Assembly: GCA_002189035.1 (NCBI GenBank) | Contig: NEEC01000013.1 | Span: forward strand, 2,728,001-2,792,000 | Length of the DNA stretch: 64,000 bases | Direction of reading: 5' to 3' | From: Utricularia gibba | Lineage: Eukaryota > Plantae > Magnoliophyta | Shown: piece by piece, positions 51,662 through 64,000 of the stretch | Layout of the letters: every line of letters begins with the position of its first letter | Numbering within the stretch: position 1 is the stretch's first letter | The notes under the pieces: generated by a model | Told to the model about the DNA's origin: nothing | The model's database searches: none | The model's input: the letters and a program-made list of their open reading frames with translations, nothing else | Made by a program: the position numbers and the translations under genes

Positions 51662-54600
51662 ATGAGTAGGCTCTCCTTTAGGCCCCGACCGCTTGATATC
51701 AACAAAAAGCTTCCAATTGTAAAATCCATCAAGGAATTTGAGGATGAAGATGCTCCAACCTCTACTCGTCTCCGCCTAACTGCTGAACCGGATAGTGAGG
51801 TATGGCTTCTGTTTTAACTATTGAGTTATCAATTTCATATTGAATGTAGTGGCAATTGAAAAAAAAGGCATTGGAAACATGGCCCAACTCTTTTTATTTG
51901 CGGTGGGGGATTCTGTTGTTGGTTAGACAATTTTGTTCCTCTGCAAAACGTAACCTTGAATCAGGGTTAAACCTAGTTTTGGTCTGAACTTTGGTAAAAA
52001 ATTATTGTTTCTAAATTTGACACGCGTATTGGTGTAATGAAAAAGTGCTAATCAATTAGCTATAACGCTTGCTAATCATAGGTTTACCAACATGCTGCCA
52101 AGAAAGCTGCATCTGAAATCCCAACTCCTGAGTTTGTGGTTGTAGACACATATGAAAGAGATTATTCTCGTACCTTCTCTCAACCAGCATCATACCTGCG
52201 TGCCCGGGGAGGTTAGTCTAGAAAATACTTATTTTGTTAGTACAGCTAGATTTTACTCACATTTAGTTGTATTTTGACAGCGCGGGCTGAAGTTGGAGAA
52301 TTTGTTGAATATGATCTTGACAATGAGGATGAAGAGTGGCTTCAGGATTTCAATAATGAAGGAAAAAATCTTGCAGCTGAAAAGTAATTATATTAGTTCT
52401 ATGATTGTCAATATCTTTCTTATGTAGGTTAGATGCCTCCAGTAGCTTTCTTATCTGATCTGTACACTGGTCGTTCATGTGGGGATTGTTGTATATGCAT
52501 TGGGCAGACTTCTAGACAATGTTTTTGTATGTTTCTTGATGCAGATTGGAGGCAATTATTTTTAAATTGGAAGTTTTGGATCACAAGGCTCGTGAAAGAG
52601 CAGGAGTCATTACTCCAACTCTTATTTCTCCTATTCCTATTGTTTTGACATTTGACGCCGCTATTGAGGTGTGCATTGAACAGCCTTGCACTGTTTACTT
52701 GGTTATATGTTCTATATATTGCCTTGACGGAACACCTTGTATCACTTGGAGCATTAGGTGGATCCTGCTGACACCAATACACTTAATGCTATTAATTTTG
52801 ATCACGCACAATCCCATTTATCGGAATATCATAAGCAAAGGAACTTGTAGTTTTTGTAATTAGAATGTTCAGCATGTTTACATAGGGAACTTGCTTTCTT
52901 GCGTTTCACCATATCACATTGTACCATGTGGAAGCATGAGTATTGTGTGAAGGCAGTGCACTTTCCTTTATAGCTTAATAAATTGTCATTGAAGTGTGAA
53001 TCTTATTTTGTCATCCATTTTGACTTGCTGTTTTTTTATATGTCAAATGATTAGGCTAGTCTTGTTTGCTCGTTTGTTTTCTTTATTTTATTATTGTGGA
53101 GTGTCGCATGTATGTTTTCCCTACCACCATAGATCTCGCAGTCTGATTTTTAGATCTCTAATGATGCCTCTGATCACCCCAGGCTCTGCAGTCGCTTTCT
53201 ATTCAATATGGAGTTTTTCAATCAATATACAACTTCTGGAAAGAAAAGGTTCAGTCAGATCACCTATTGAGTGTTCGGTTGCAAACATAAATTGGCCTTT
53301 GCTCAACTTGAACTTTTTTTTTTAATCTCAGTGCCCTGCTAATCTGTATAAGTCTGATTCATGGGTAGTGACCGAGACTATTCGCTAAAGTATGCCTGCC
53401 TTGTCTCTTTTTCAGCGTGAACGATGGCAAAAACCAATCCTTCGACATTTGCAGGTCAGTGTATTGCTTTTTATTGTTAATTTCTTAGTTTTCCCTGCTT
53501 AATGTGACTATGCGGGACAATTTATTGTTTCTTACTATTCTGGTCTCAATTTCTTTGATTTTCCTTTTAATTTGTGAAATGTTTAGCACTTCTGTTTTCT
53601 CACCGGTGCTCCTTGAGATACATTCCAGCCTCCTCCTCCAGTTAATGACACCAACCCGTACAATGTATTCAGACCAAGAGAGAAAGCTCACAGGCTCCAC
53701 ACTCGGAGGGTAAGCACTCTATGCTCGCATCTGGCTAAACGTTATGTTTTTTTACTTGATTTGGAGTTAGTGTAACATGTGAATTAACCATTTCCTAATG
53801 ATTTGATTGTTCTTGAGCAGATGCAGAGGAGGGAAAACAATGTACAATCATTTGAGAAGCTTCGCCAGGTGTGTCACAAGAGAATCATTTGCATATTTTC
53901 GTTGTCATCTAGCTGAGCATAATTTTCATCTTGATTCATCGGTTACTATTTCCTAAACCCAGAATTCCATCTCTTTAGCCTTCATGGCCATGATTCGTTT
54001 GTATGAAAGAATGCGCTGTGATTATGCTGTTTCATGCAGGTGTCAAATTGCTAATGAAATGATGCATTCCCCACTGATAGACGTTTATATTTTGTTATCA
54101 TTGACTTCCTCAGGTTAGGCGCAATCTTGATCAGGCAAAGACAATTCTTGAAGCTTTGATCAGGGTATGCTACATAGACTTCATGAACCCATTTTCTGTT
54201 GTATATGTGGCAGAGACTGTTAACACATTTTCTTGTTATGCTTGGTTTAGAGAGAGGAGAAAAAGAGAGAAATTGTAGAAAGCGAAGTCACCATCCAAAG
54301 AATTCAGATGAAATACAAGGTGGTTAATTCAGTAATGAAATATTTCGTTCAACACTGATGATGTTTTCTTTTCAAATTTTTGCGTTTATCAAGATGTCAT
54401 AGGATATGCTGTTTCATGTTTTCGTTCATTCTGAATTCTGCTCGTTAACTCCATCATTTTGTGTATCTGCAGCATGAGACTGAACTCATGGAGGATTCAT
54501 TTACTATATCTGGACTGCCATCCCTACCAAGCAAGGATGGTTCGAGTGAAGAGGAGTTCTTTGATTCTGACAGTGTGGCTAATAGTCGTCTGCGTGTGAG

Positions 54601-55049
54601 GTCGGCTGTTCCGCAACCACATTTTATGGAATCCAGGGCAACCTTGGTTCCCACAGGAAATATGAGGCGGGACCCTCGAATGCGTACCACCTCTCGCAGC
54701 TGGCTTCATACCATGGTATCTCTCTGCACCATTTCACGTCACACCTTTTGGCTTTCATCTCCCCATTTCTGGATCCGAAGGTTTTTGCAACGGCCGGTAC
54801 TCTGATTTGTGATCCTGATGAAATCTGCAGGATCCGAATGAACCTGTGATGCTTTTCACAAAGCCCTTGCTTCCAGACAAACTAGCTTTTGCAGGGATTG
54901 TACCACCATCAGAATCTTCATGTGGTCGGCCCTTTAGTGTTAATGGCAGGATTGGGCGTGGAGGGAGAATTATCTTTGATAGATGGAACCCCTTGATGCA
55001 AACTCCTATTGGCTGTGGTGAAAAGACTCATCAGTCAATGCATCAATGA
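51662..55049 (+). CDS. EPL1: Enhancer of Polycomb-like protein (NuA4/Piccolo subunit), multi-exon
   Basis: MSRLSFRPRPLDINKKLPIVKS, EFVEYDLDNEDEEWL, IIFKLEVLDHKARERAG, PPPPVNDTNPYNVFRPREK, RRENNVQSFEKLRQ, GRIGRGGRIIFDRWNP. Confidence 0.95.
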
Positions 55050-55421
55050 CACAAGATGCATAGGTTACCATCATGTTTTCAAGAATGAATTTTTTTATTG
55101 GCGTAGAAAGATTCTGGCTCTGTAGCCTGAAACCTCTAACCAGACTATGTTGTAGATTTTGGTAAGATGAAATTATGATAGTTGTGAGGGAATGGTAACC
55201 AGGAGCCATTCAGCTACTCTGGCCACACCAACAAACATGGTGTGAGAGCTGATTGAGTGTGTATTCATATACCTCAGTTGTAATAATTGTCAAAACAAAA
55301 GGTTATGTTCAGAAACGAGGACTGAACAGAAAAAGAGAAACAGAAACAAGATCCAACGACCAAAGGTGTAAACGATGCGATCATGGGCATGCAAAGGGAA
55401 GGAATGTCATGCAACATTTTC

Positions 55422-56766
<1,345 letters not shown>

Positions 56767-56886
56767 TTCCCTCCAACGACGCCAAAAAGCACGACGACCG
56801 CAACCCAAACCCTCGTACCCATTTCTCTCCTACGCAGATTAAACGGTGGGCTTTTCTCTCATGTACTCCCACGGGCTACTCAGCTT

Positions 56887-56922
56887 TGGGCCCAACGAAT
56901 ATACCCTTTCACCTTTTGGGCC
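56887..56922. promoter_or_regulatory. Site II elements of the RPL7a promoter
   Basis: TGGGCC at 56887-56892 and 56917-56922, 120-160 bp upstream of the ATG; typical of plant ribosomal-protein promoters. Confidence 0.6.
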
Positions 56923-59096
56923 GGACGATTCGGCCTGTCACGATTTTTGGACTCCATTAAAAAATAATATTTGATTAAATTATTTCAAATGTCAATTTCT
57001 TTAATTTCCCACTTCTTTTTGAGAATTATATAGACAGAAATAGAATCTAATTTGCTGTCGAATATGTGGGAAACCAGCGACGGGCGGCATTACAGATGGC
57101 ATATTGCGGAAGGAATTGATATTAAAAAAATAATGAATATTTAATTAAAAAATAATTCTACGAAAACTTTTGATTCCGTAAATTAAATAATTTAGGTAGG
57201 GTAGGGAGAGTGTGTAGGGTGTCACGGGGGGTGTAGCGGTTTAAAGGCATATTTGACCGGGAAGCGGCTGCTTTGGGTTTAAGCTACGTTAATTATCAAT
57301 GCTTAGAGTGATTAAGAATTAATGACGACGAGATTAAGAGCACTAATCAACTTGGCCTGCCGCCGCGATTCCCATGTACACCCCAGCCCTGAACTCAGTT
57401 ATGAACATTGAAATTTTCATTATTTAAAAATAATAATTCATAATAGATTTCCTAGGGTTTTAATTCCCTTACCCCCCTTTTTTCACTTTTTACCACGTTT
57501 TTTAATTACCCTCACCGTACGACACTGTAAAAATTCCTCACCCTCCTTTAAACATACATAACTAAAATAATATTCGTCGTATTTATAGCACGTGAGGTGC
57601 CCAACTCGCCGCCCATAAAAAGTCGAGTCAAATCACCATTCAATTCAAGATGACACGTGGGACCCGTAAAATATGTGCCCGCCATTAATTTCTACACTAG
57701 TAAATAATTTTAGAGGGATGGATTTTTTTAAAATTACAATTTAGAATAATAATCAAACTAAATATGTAAAAATAGAATATTTTCCAATAATCATAATGAA
57801 TAATTTTATCATTCATTTATTTAAAAAAATAGCAAAATTTGGAACGAAAGGATAAAAATGTCATGAGATTATGTTAACGTTTGAAAAAATTAATATAAAA
57901 TTGATTTTAATAGAATTGAAAATTTTAATAAAATTCTAATTAATATATATTTTGAAAAATTTTTAAAAATAATTATTACATAATTGATTAATATTTATAA
58001 TGGAAAAAAATAGGAATTGATTTTCATAAGTTAATTACATATTTAATCATATCTATAATAAATATATTTTATAATTTTGATTTAAATAAATATATTTTAT
58101 AATATTAATATTTATCAAACTATTAACTAATATTATCAATTAATATTTATTTTAAAATGGTATTAAATATAATTCTATAATAGTATACGGATATAATAGT
58201 AAATTTATTTTTTAAAATCAATTCTTGAAAAACAAATTATATCTAAGAATTTATATATTCATGCTTTTTAAATAATTGAATTAATTCTCAAAAATCAATT
58301 ATCATAAAAAGAATAATATACATATTTGAATGGTAGAATCAATTATGTGAAAATATAATTGAATTTAGTAAAATAGAATTGATTTGCAAACATTGTAAAT
58401 GTGTTGGAATGAGTGGGTGCAGAATGGAGATTGGAATTATGCTCAAGTGCAGTGGATGATTGTACCTTAAAGTATTTGGCTATCACTCCTCTGACTTGAG
58501 GAATATATTTTTTTGTTGGTAGGCTGCCTGGCTTCTCCAAGAACCGTTGTTTTATGGTACGTGTCACGCGGTTATTTACCACATTTTATTATTATTTTTA
58601 TATTTGGTATGATTTATGTTCATATAGTATAAATTATACAAAAGATTGTGATATATGTATAAATAGAAAATGTGAAATGTCCAAAATACGTTTTTGTAAA
58701 TAATTCTTCGAAAAATTGGGTAAAAATATGTTTTTTTTTTTTTACCTAACAAAGGCATAGGAGTTTTTGTCATAGTTGTCACGCAAATGTGTGACAATAC
58801 AACTCAGCCTATAATTCTATGTAGTATTTTTTATTTAATTTAAAAAGGGTAATAATATATAAAATAAAAAGACAGAGAGAGAAGATGCCTGGAGGGAGAA
58901 TGGCTGACTCAGAAGAAAGACTGTACAAAGTCTTCTTTAACTAGGAAGCGGAAGCAACCACAGCGACACATCCATCTCTTTGCCACTATTTATCTGCTTG
59001 ACGTAACCCTTTTCGCGTCTTTCTCCTCTGCTTCACCATGGGCTTCATCTCGTGATCATAGTGATTTTTCGGGTTTTCTCTTTCTTCTCTTTGTGT

Positions 59097-60349
59097 ATGG
59101 CCGTTGGAGCAACACGTCTAATGAGCACCCACCGAGAGGAAGAAAGCACTAGCAAAAGCAACGATCAGGATCATCCGTCTCAGGCCGCCGCCGCCGCCGC
59201 GGCTGCTGCTCCTCCTCCGGTGGATGAGCACGAGCAGGACGCGGTTATGCCGGGGTTCCGGTTCCATCCGACGGAGGAGGAGCTCATCGAGTTCTATCTC
59301 CGCCGAAAGGTTGAAGGCAGGCGCTTCAATATCGAGCTCATCGCCTTCTTGGATCTCTATCGTCATGATCCCTGGGAGCTTCCTGGTATTGATCTCTATT
59401 TTGTTTATGATGTTATGTTTCTTTGAGATTGATTGAATCAGATTGATATCTGTTGTTTGGATTGACGAACAGCTTTGGCTGCGATTGGGGAGAAGGAGTG
59501 GTACTTCTATGTTCCTAGAGATAAAAAGTATAGGAACGGGGATCGCCCGAACCGCGTGACGAAATCGGGGTACTGGAAGGCGACGGGTGCGGACAGAATG
59601 ATAAGGAGCGAGACTTTCCGGTCGATCGGAATCAAGAAAACCCTTGTTTTTTATTCCGGCAAAGCCCCCAAGGGGATTCGAACCGGTTGGACCATGAACG
59701 AGTACCGCTTGCCTATCCATGAAACCGAACGCCTCCAAAAGGTACGCACGTCGAAACCAAGAAGATCGTATGTGACCGATCATTCTGAACTTCATGTGCA
59801 GTCTTCTGATCTTGCGTTTGTGTGTTGTTTCAGGCTGAGATCTCGCTATGCCGAGTTTACAAACGCGCGGGGATTAAAGATCATCCATCTCTTCCACGCT
59901 CGACTCCGAGATCGAAAGGCTCACAGCCAGTAAAGGTTCAAACTCCTCCTCCGGCTAACCAAGAAGCAGTCAGCAGATCGATCCAACACGATGAAGAAAC
60001 CATGCTCTTCCTCCAATTCAAGCACCCTTCTGCTTCTTCATCGCCCCAGCACTGCTCATCAATCTACGCGAATTCTCCTCCCAACAACGTGGATGATCTT
60101 CATAAGCTGGTGAATGGCGCCGGTTACAGACACCAGGACTCATCCTCAATCTCAGATAGCCACGAAAACACTCCGTTTCCCACTCCCGTTACCCCTATTA
60201 GCCTTATTTCCTATATCCCCTCTTCGCAGCCGCAGACGACGGCGATGGTGGCGGCCACGAATACTCCGGACTCTGCCCAGGTTGTGTTTCCATGGGATTG
60301 GAGTGCCATACATGAAGGAAGCAAAGATTTCACAACTTTTTTCAAGTAG
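59097..60349 (+). CDS. NAC035: NAC transcription factor, ANAC035/LOV1-like; exons 59097-59385, 59473-59741, 59834-60349
   Basis: [46 protein letters not shown]|[46 protein letters not shown]...|[11 protein letters not shown]. Confidence 0.9.
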
Positions 60350-61170
60350 TCTGTATGCTCTCTTGTCTCCCACCACATTCTGCTGCTTAATATACATTCG
60401 TGAATGCACAGCAGTTAACAGTTCACACTACCTACTACCCTTTAGAGCCTTTCAGATGGTGCAGAATCTCACTGTTAGTTCTTGTTACACTTTAGGGTTT
60501 TGTACTGCTGTCCTTATGTCTACTGCCCATCTTGATCCATTGTTTGTTCAAATAGGATTATCAGTCGAACATCTCTCAAGTGTCTGATAGAGAACCCGTC
60601 GGAATCCCATATTGGAAGGTGGAATGAATGACAAAATACTTGTCCTCGTTCTCCACACATTACCAGAGTTTTCCAACCATATGAAGCAAATGTATTGGAT
60701 GTCTTACAATTTAACTGGCTCACATTCTAAAAAGACCAAACCCTTTTTCTTGATCTCCCAAACTTGTAAAAAAAAAGTAGCCAAATGAACAAAAACACTG
60801 ACACAGGGGATGCAATAAGACAAAGGAGGTTATGAGAATGATGACAGAAGAGGCGCAGAGAAGGGAGCGACTTGCAGAAGACTTTGTGTTTGCGTATGTG
60901 ATTCCAAATTTATTATCAACGGTGGGTTTGACGAAGGGAGAGAGGGCTGCCTCATTATGTGCCCTATCCTTCATGCATGTGGACAGTTTGGTGAGCCTGT
61001 CCTGCCCTATCTCCATATGCTGTCCCCCTCCACTTTACCTTATCTTAATCCCCTCTTATTCTTTATATGCCGCGCAGCAGCAACAAAAATAAAATAAATA
61101 AAAAAATGTGTGTACGGAAAAGCCACCCAAAGCTATGGGCGCATTAGATGGATCATTCGACCATGGTTTG

Positions 61171-61230
61171 GCAATAATATTTTGAATATTTTTATTACAT
61201 GCAATAATATTTTTAACATTTTTATATATA
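61171..61230 (+). repeat. Imperfect 30-bp tandem duplication
   Basis: GCAATAATATTTTGAATATTTTTATTACAT followed by GCAATAATATTTTTAACATTTTTATATATA. Confidence 0.6.
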
Positions 61231-61441
61231 TTTAATTATAATACATGCTTGTCTGAATATAGGTTATTGATTAAATTATACTACCAAATACCTCCATTTT
61301 CTTTTATTTAATTTTATTTTTATTTGTAATTGATAATTTCATTTATGTTGTATGATAATTAATAGGCCCAATTTACCCTTGTGACGCAAAATTGGCCCAA
61401 TGTAGATTTAATGTCTGTCCACTGTGGTAGCCCATTAAAAG

Positions 61442-61524
61442 AAAAATGGGCCTGCAACACTGAACTCGATGCACCACCCCGTTAGTCCACGTCACCAGTA
61501 GGGACCACTAGACCATGTTTCCAA
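61442..61524 (-). other. Degenerate tRNA-Gln-like / Pol III-type relic; not a foldable tRNA
   Basis: CATGGTCTAGTGGTC (A-box), GGACT, CGAGTTCA (B-box-like) and then a T5 run on the minus strand; acceptor stem does not pair. Confidence 0.25.
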
Positions 61525-63070
61525 CAAGCTCTTTTTTTTTTATTAAAACATCGTAATCACTAATTAGGAAAAATGTAAAATCTTGTCGCTTTTGTTTGGA
61601 AAATGGTTGATTTATATTGTGTGTGCTTTTCATACACTGTTACAATTTCATATTTGTTTCATTTGTTAATTTTCTTTTTACAAATTTGATGTCATTCGTT
61701 TTAATTGGGTGGTGTTCTGATGAACTCTTGGTTTTCGAAGTATTGTATTATGTTTGTCTTCAGGGGATGTTTCCCGTGTGAATACAATCGAACTGTTAGG
61801 ATATATTCATATGTTTTCAGATAAAATTACATTAGATGCTTGGAAAATTATACCCATTTTTTTTTATCTCTTAAAGAAAAAATATGTGGATAATTTAAAT
61901 CTTGTTACTAACATATTTTACTTATACAAAATAAAATAAAAATATAAATATTTTCTAATAAACCAAATGAATATTATTAATCATAATACAGTTAAATTAT
62001 TTATGGTAATATAGTTGATGAGCTACATTTATCCATTTCTGGAATATAGTATGTTTTACGATGTGTAAATTAATATATTTGAAATTGAATTGCAAATGAT
62101 ATAATAAATGATGAATTTTGAAAACAAAAACGAACATTTATCGTTGGTACAACTAATATTCAAGTATCTCACGAAGCATGGACCAGTGGTCATCGATGAT
62201 CAAATTGAATTATTTAAATTGCAGTGGGCTTGTAAATATTGGAATTAAAATTATTAAATTATTAGTGAACTACCTGCCACTTATTTTTTATAATAATTGA
62301 CCGTACATTAAAGACTAGAATCTTATATTGTAGGAATCCTGTTGAAAAGAAAATGATTATAAAAATAAGAAAGAATTTAATAATATAAGAAGTGGCAGTG
62401 GAGTAACCGTTTTGTTGTTGTTTTATTGCGGAAGTGCAAGGAACCTAGAGGGGGAAACCACGTAGCACAAAACACCAGCATCGCCACATGCCTCCACATG
62501 AAAGAGTTTCGTTACTTGTAGGTCAATTATAGAGCTCGTATGGAAGAATCCCGATTGTTTTTTTGCTTCTTGTTGTATTATGGGAGTGGGTAGTGGTATC
62601 AGGGAAGCAAATCTCGGACAATAAAACGGTGTGGGCTGACGGCTGTCTGGAGAAAGAAAAGGGAAGTGGAGGGCGGGGGGAAGGAAAGCTACTGTTTTTT
62701 ACGCATTCGGTTACTGACTTTGGTTTTGAGGGGTTTTGGGAAGGGGAAAAGATGTTGATGGGAGTTGAGGCTGAGTTCAGTCGAGTTTGCTTCTCGTGTA
62801 TGTGATGTCCATTCTTCTTTGTCCTTCCAATCAACTGTCTAGATTCCAAGCTGTTGTCCGTCCATTCATGATGAAGATAGATGATAGCCCGCCTTGTCAT
62901 TAATGCGGATTTTACAATTTGGCAGATCCGTGTGGTGGGTTTTTGCATTTTTTCGAGATGTACAATGAAGATTTCTTTTTTGTTCTGTAATTAGAATGCG
63001 GGAGTGAAAGACGGCGCCTTCTGGCTCTTGTTTCTTTTCCAGATCTGCAGTTGTCTGCGTGTCTGAAGTA

Positions 63071-64000
63071 ATGGGTTCAGTGGATAAGGATTCCTGTGGC
63101 GGTATTTATCCAAGCAACCTTCATCTGAAGAGAGAACTAACTCAAATTCGCAAAGCTGCCAGAGTGTTGAGGGACCCCGGGACTTCTTGTGCTTCCGTGA
63201 AGCAGACTCCTTTTTCTTCGAAAACACTTTCCAAGCAACGTCACTATGGTTACTGCGAAGGTAGCCGTGGTTCTCGGATTGCAGGGCAAATTGAGAACAA
63301 TGATGATAACGTAGCTGATGGAAAAGGGACCTTGAGTGCGTGGGAGAAAGAGAAGAGGATCTCCCTGTGTAACTGGGAGAGGGATTTAAGGGGCAGGCAG
63401 AATGGGAAAGTATTTGATGATGGGATTAGTGAAGGGCAGGAGTTGTTTTCAGGCCGTGATGAAGAAATGGACGCGGTTAGCTTGAGTGATGCCAGGTATG
63501 GTGGTGGCAATGAGTGCAAGAGTGATACTTGGTTCAATGAGAAGTATGCTTCTATGGGACTGAAGTGTAGAGAGTCCAGTTTCACTCCTCCTGTTCGCAG
63601 AGCGATCAAGCAGAAGCCAAGAAAAAGTTGTTCTGGAGTGCGTGTGAAGCATCAGAACGTGAAAACGGAGAAGCAAAAGGCATGGAGTAGACATGGGAAA
63701 CGCAATGCGGATGGTGCGTCTTGTGTAGGTTTGCCAAGAGACGATTTTAGGAATTTGGTCTGTCAGTTGGGGGACACTGAGCAGGACTATGAGAACTATG
63801 AAGATGTGAAAAGAGAGTCTGCAACTTCACCTTTTCTAGCTGGATTCAAGAATACTGGATGGAAGCATTCCTCGATGAAATTTTTAAAGGGTCGTGGGAA
63901 GGATGATGATTCCATTTCTTTCAGTACCCCTGCACTGTCCACGAGCTCTTACCACAACAATGCAGTTGTAAATCCTTGTCCCGATTCGTGGGATGCAGCA
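63071..64000 (+). CDS. STI: STICHEL-like protein (DNA polymerase III gamma/tau-related); N-terminal part only, open to the window end
   Basis: MGSVDKDSCGGIYPSNLHLKRELTQIRKAARVLRDPGTS is the characteristic STICHEL N-terminus; the frame has no stop through 64000. Confidence 0.85.
   Translation, partial: MGSVDKDSCGGIYPSNLHLKRELTQIRKAARVLRDPGTSCASVKQTPFSSKTLSKQRHYGYCEGSRGSRIAGQIENNDDNVADGKGTLSAWEKEKRISLCNWERDLRGRQNGKVFDDGISEGQELFSGRDEEMDAVSLSDARYGGGNECKSDTWFNEKYASMGLKCRESSFTPPVRRAIKQKPRKSCSGVRVKHQNVKTEKQKAWSRHGKRNADGASCVGLPRDDFRNLVCQLGDTEQDYENYEDVKRESATSPFLAGFKNTGWKHSSMKFLKGRGKDDDSISFSTPALSTSSYHNNAVVNPCPDSWDAA

Noticed and set aside
59118-59795. 225-aa antisense ORF over the NAC gene, and similar antisense ORFs over HCT, AKR, MAG and PHYA
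   Set aside because: Expected shadow ORFs of GC3-rich coding sequence; they cross introns and have no domain-like content.
60842-60861. TGACAGAAGAG, identical to the first 11 nt of miR156
   Set aside because: The remainder diverges from miR156 and there is no complementary star arm nearby.

Overview
Eudicot (probably asterid) nuclear DNA that is unusually gene-dense: 21 recognisable protein-coding genes in 64 kb, mostly short introns, and no transposon ORFs, rRNA, intact tRNA or CRISPR. Order: CCoAOMT-like O-methyltransferase (5' truncated, +), SAGA-Tad1/ADA1 protein (-), CER3/WAX2 (-), pseudo-catalytic rhomboid KOM/RBL8 (-), HCT (-), AKR4-type aldo-keto reductase (-), 3-methyladenine glycosylase (+), CAF1 (+), RPB5 (+), Alba (-), DnaJ/DUF3752-type protein (+), PHD-finger protein (-), FTR variable subunit (+), TWD40-2 (+), small unknown plant protein (+), PHYA (+), NPF4-type transporter (+), Enhancer of Polycomb-like (+), RPL7a (-), NAC035/LOV1-like (+), STICHEL (3' truncated, +). 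The clearest anomaly is nine -1 frameshifts in six otherwise intact genes, each repairable by adding one base to a G or C run; this most likely reflects long-read homopolymer error rather than biology. Other points of interest are a strongly diverged PHYA, a 1.75-kb exon and a GC-AG intron in TWD40-2, a triplicated motif in the DnaJ protein, a tRNA-Gln-like relic in a site II cluster, and an orphan snRNA-type USE. I found no convincing wholly new biological system. Family calls come from recalled sequences; no database search was run.
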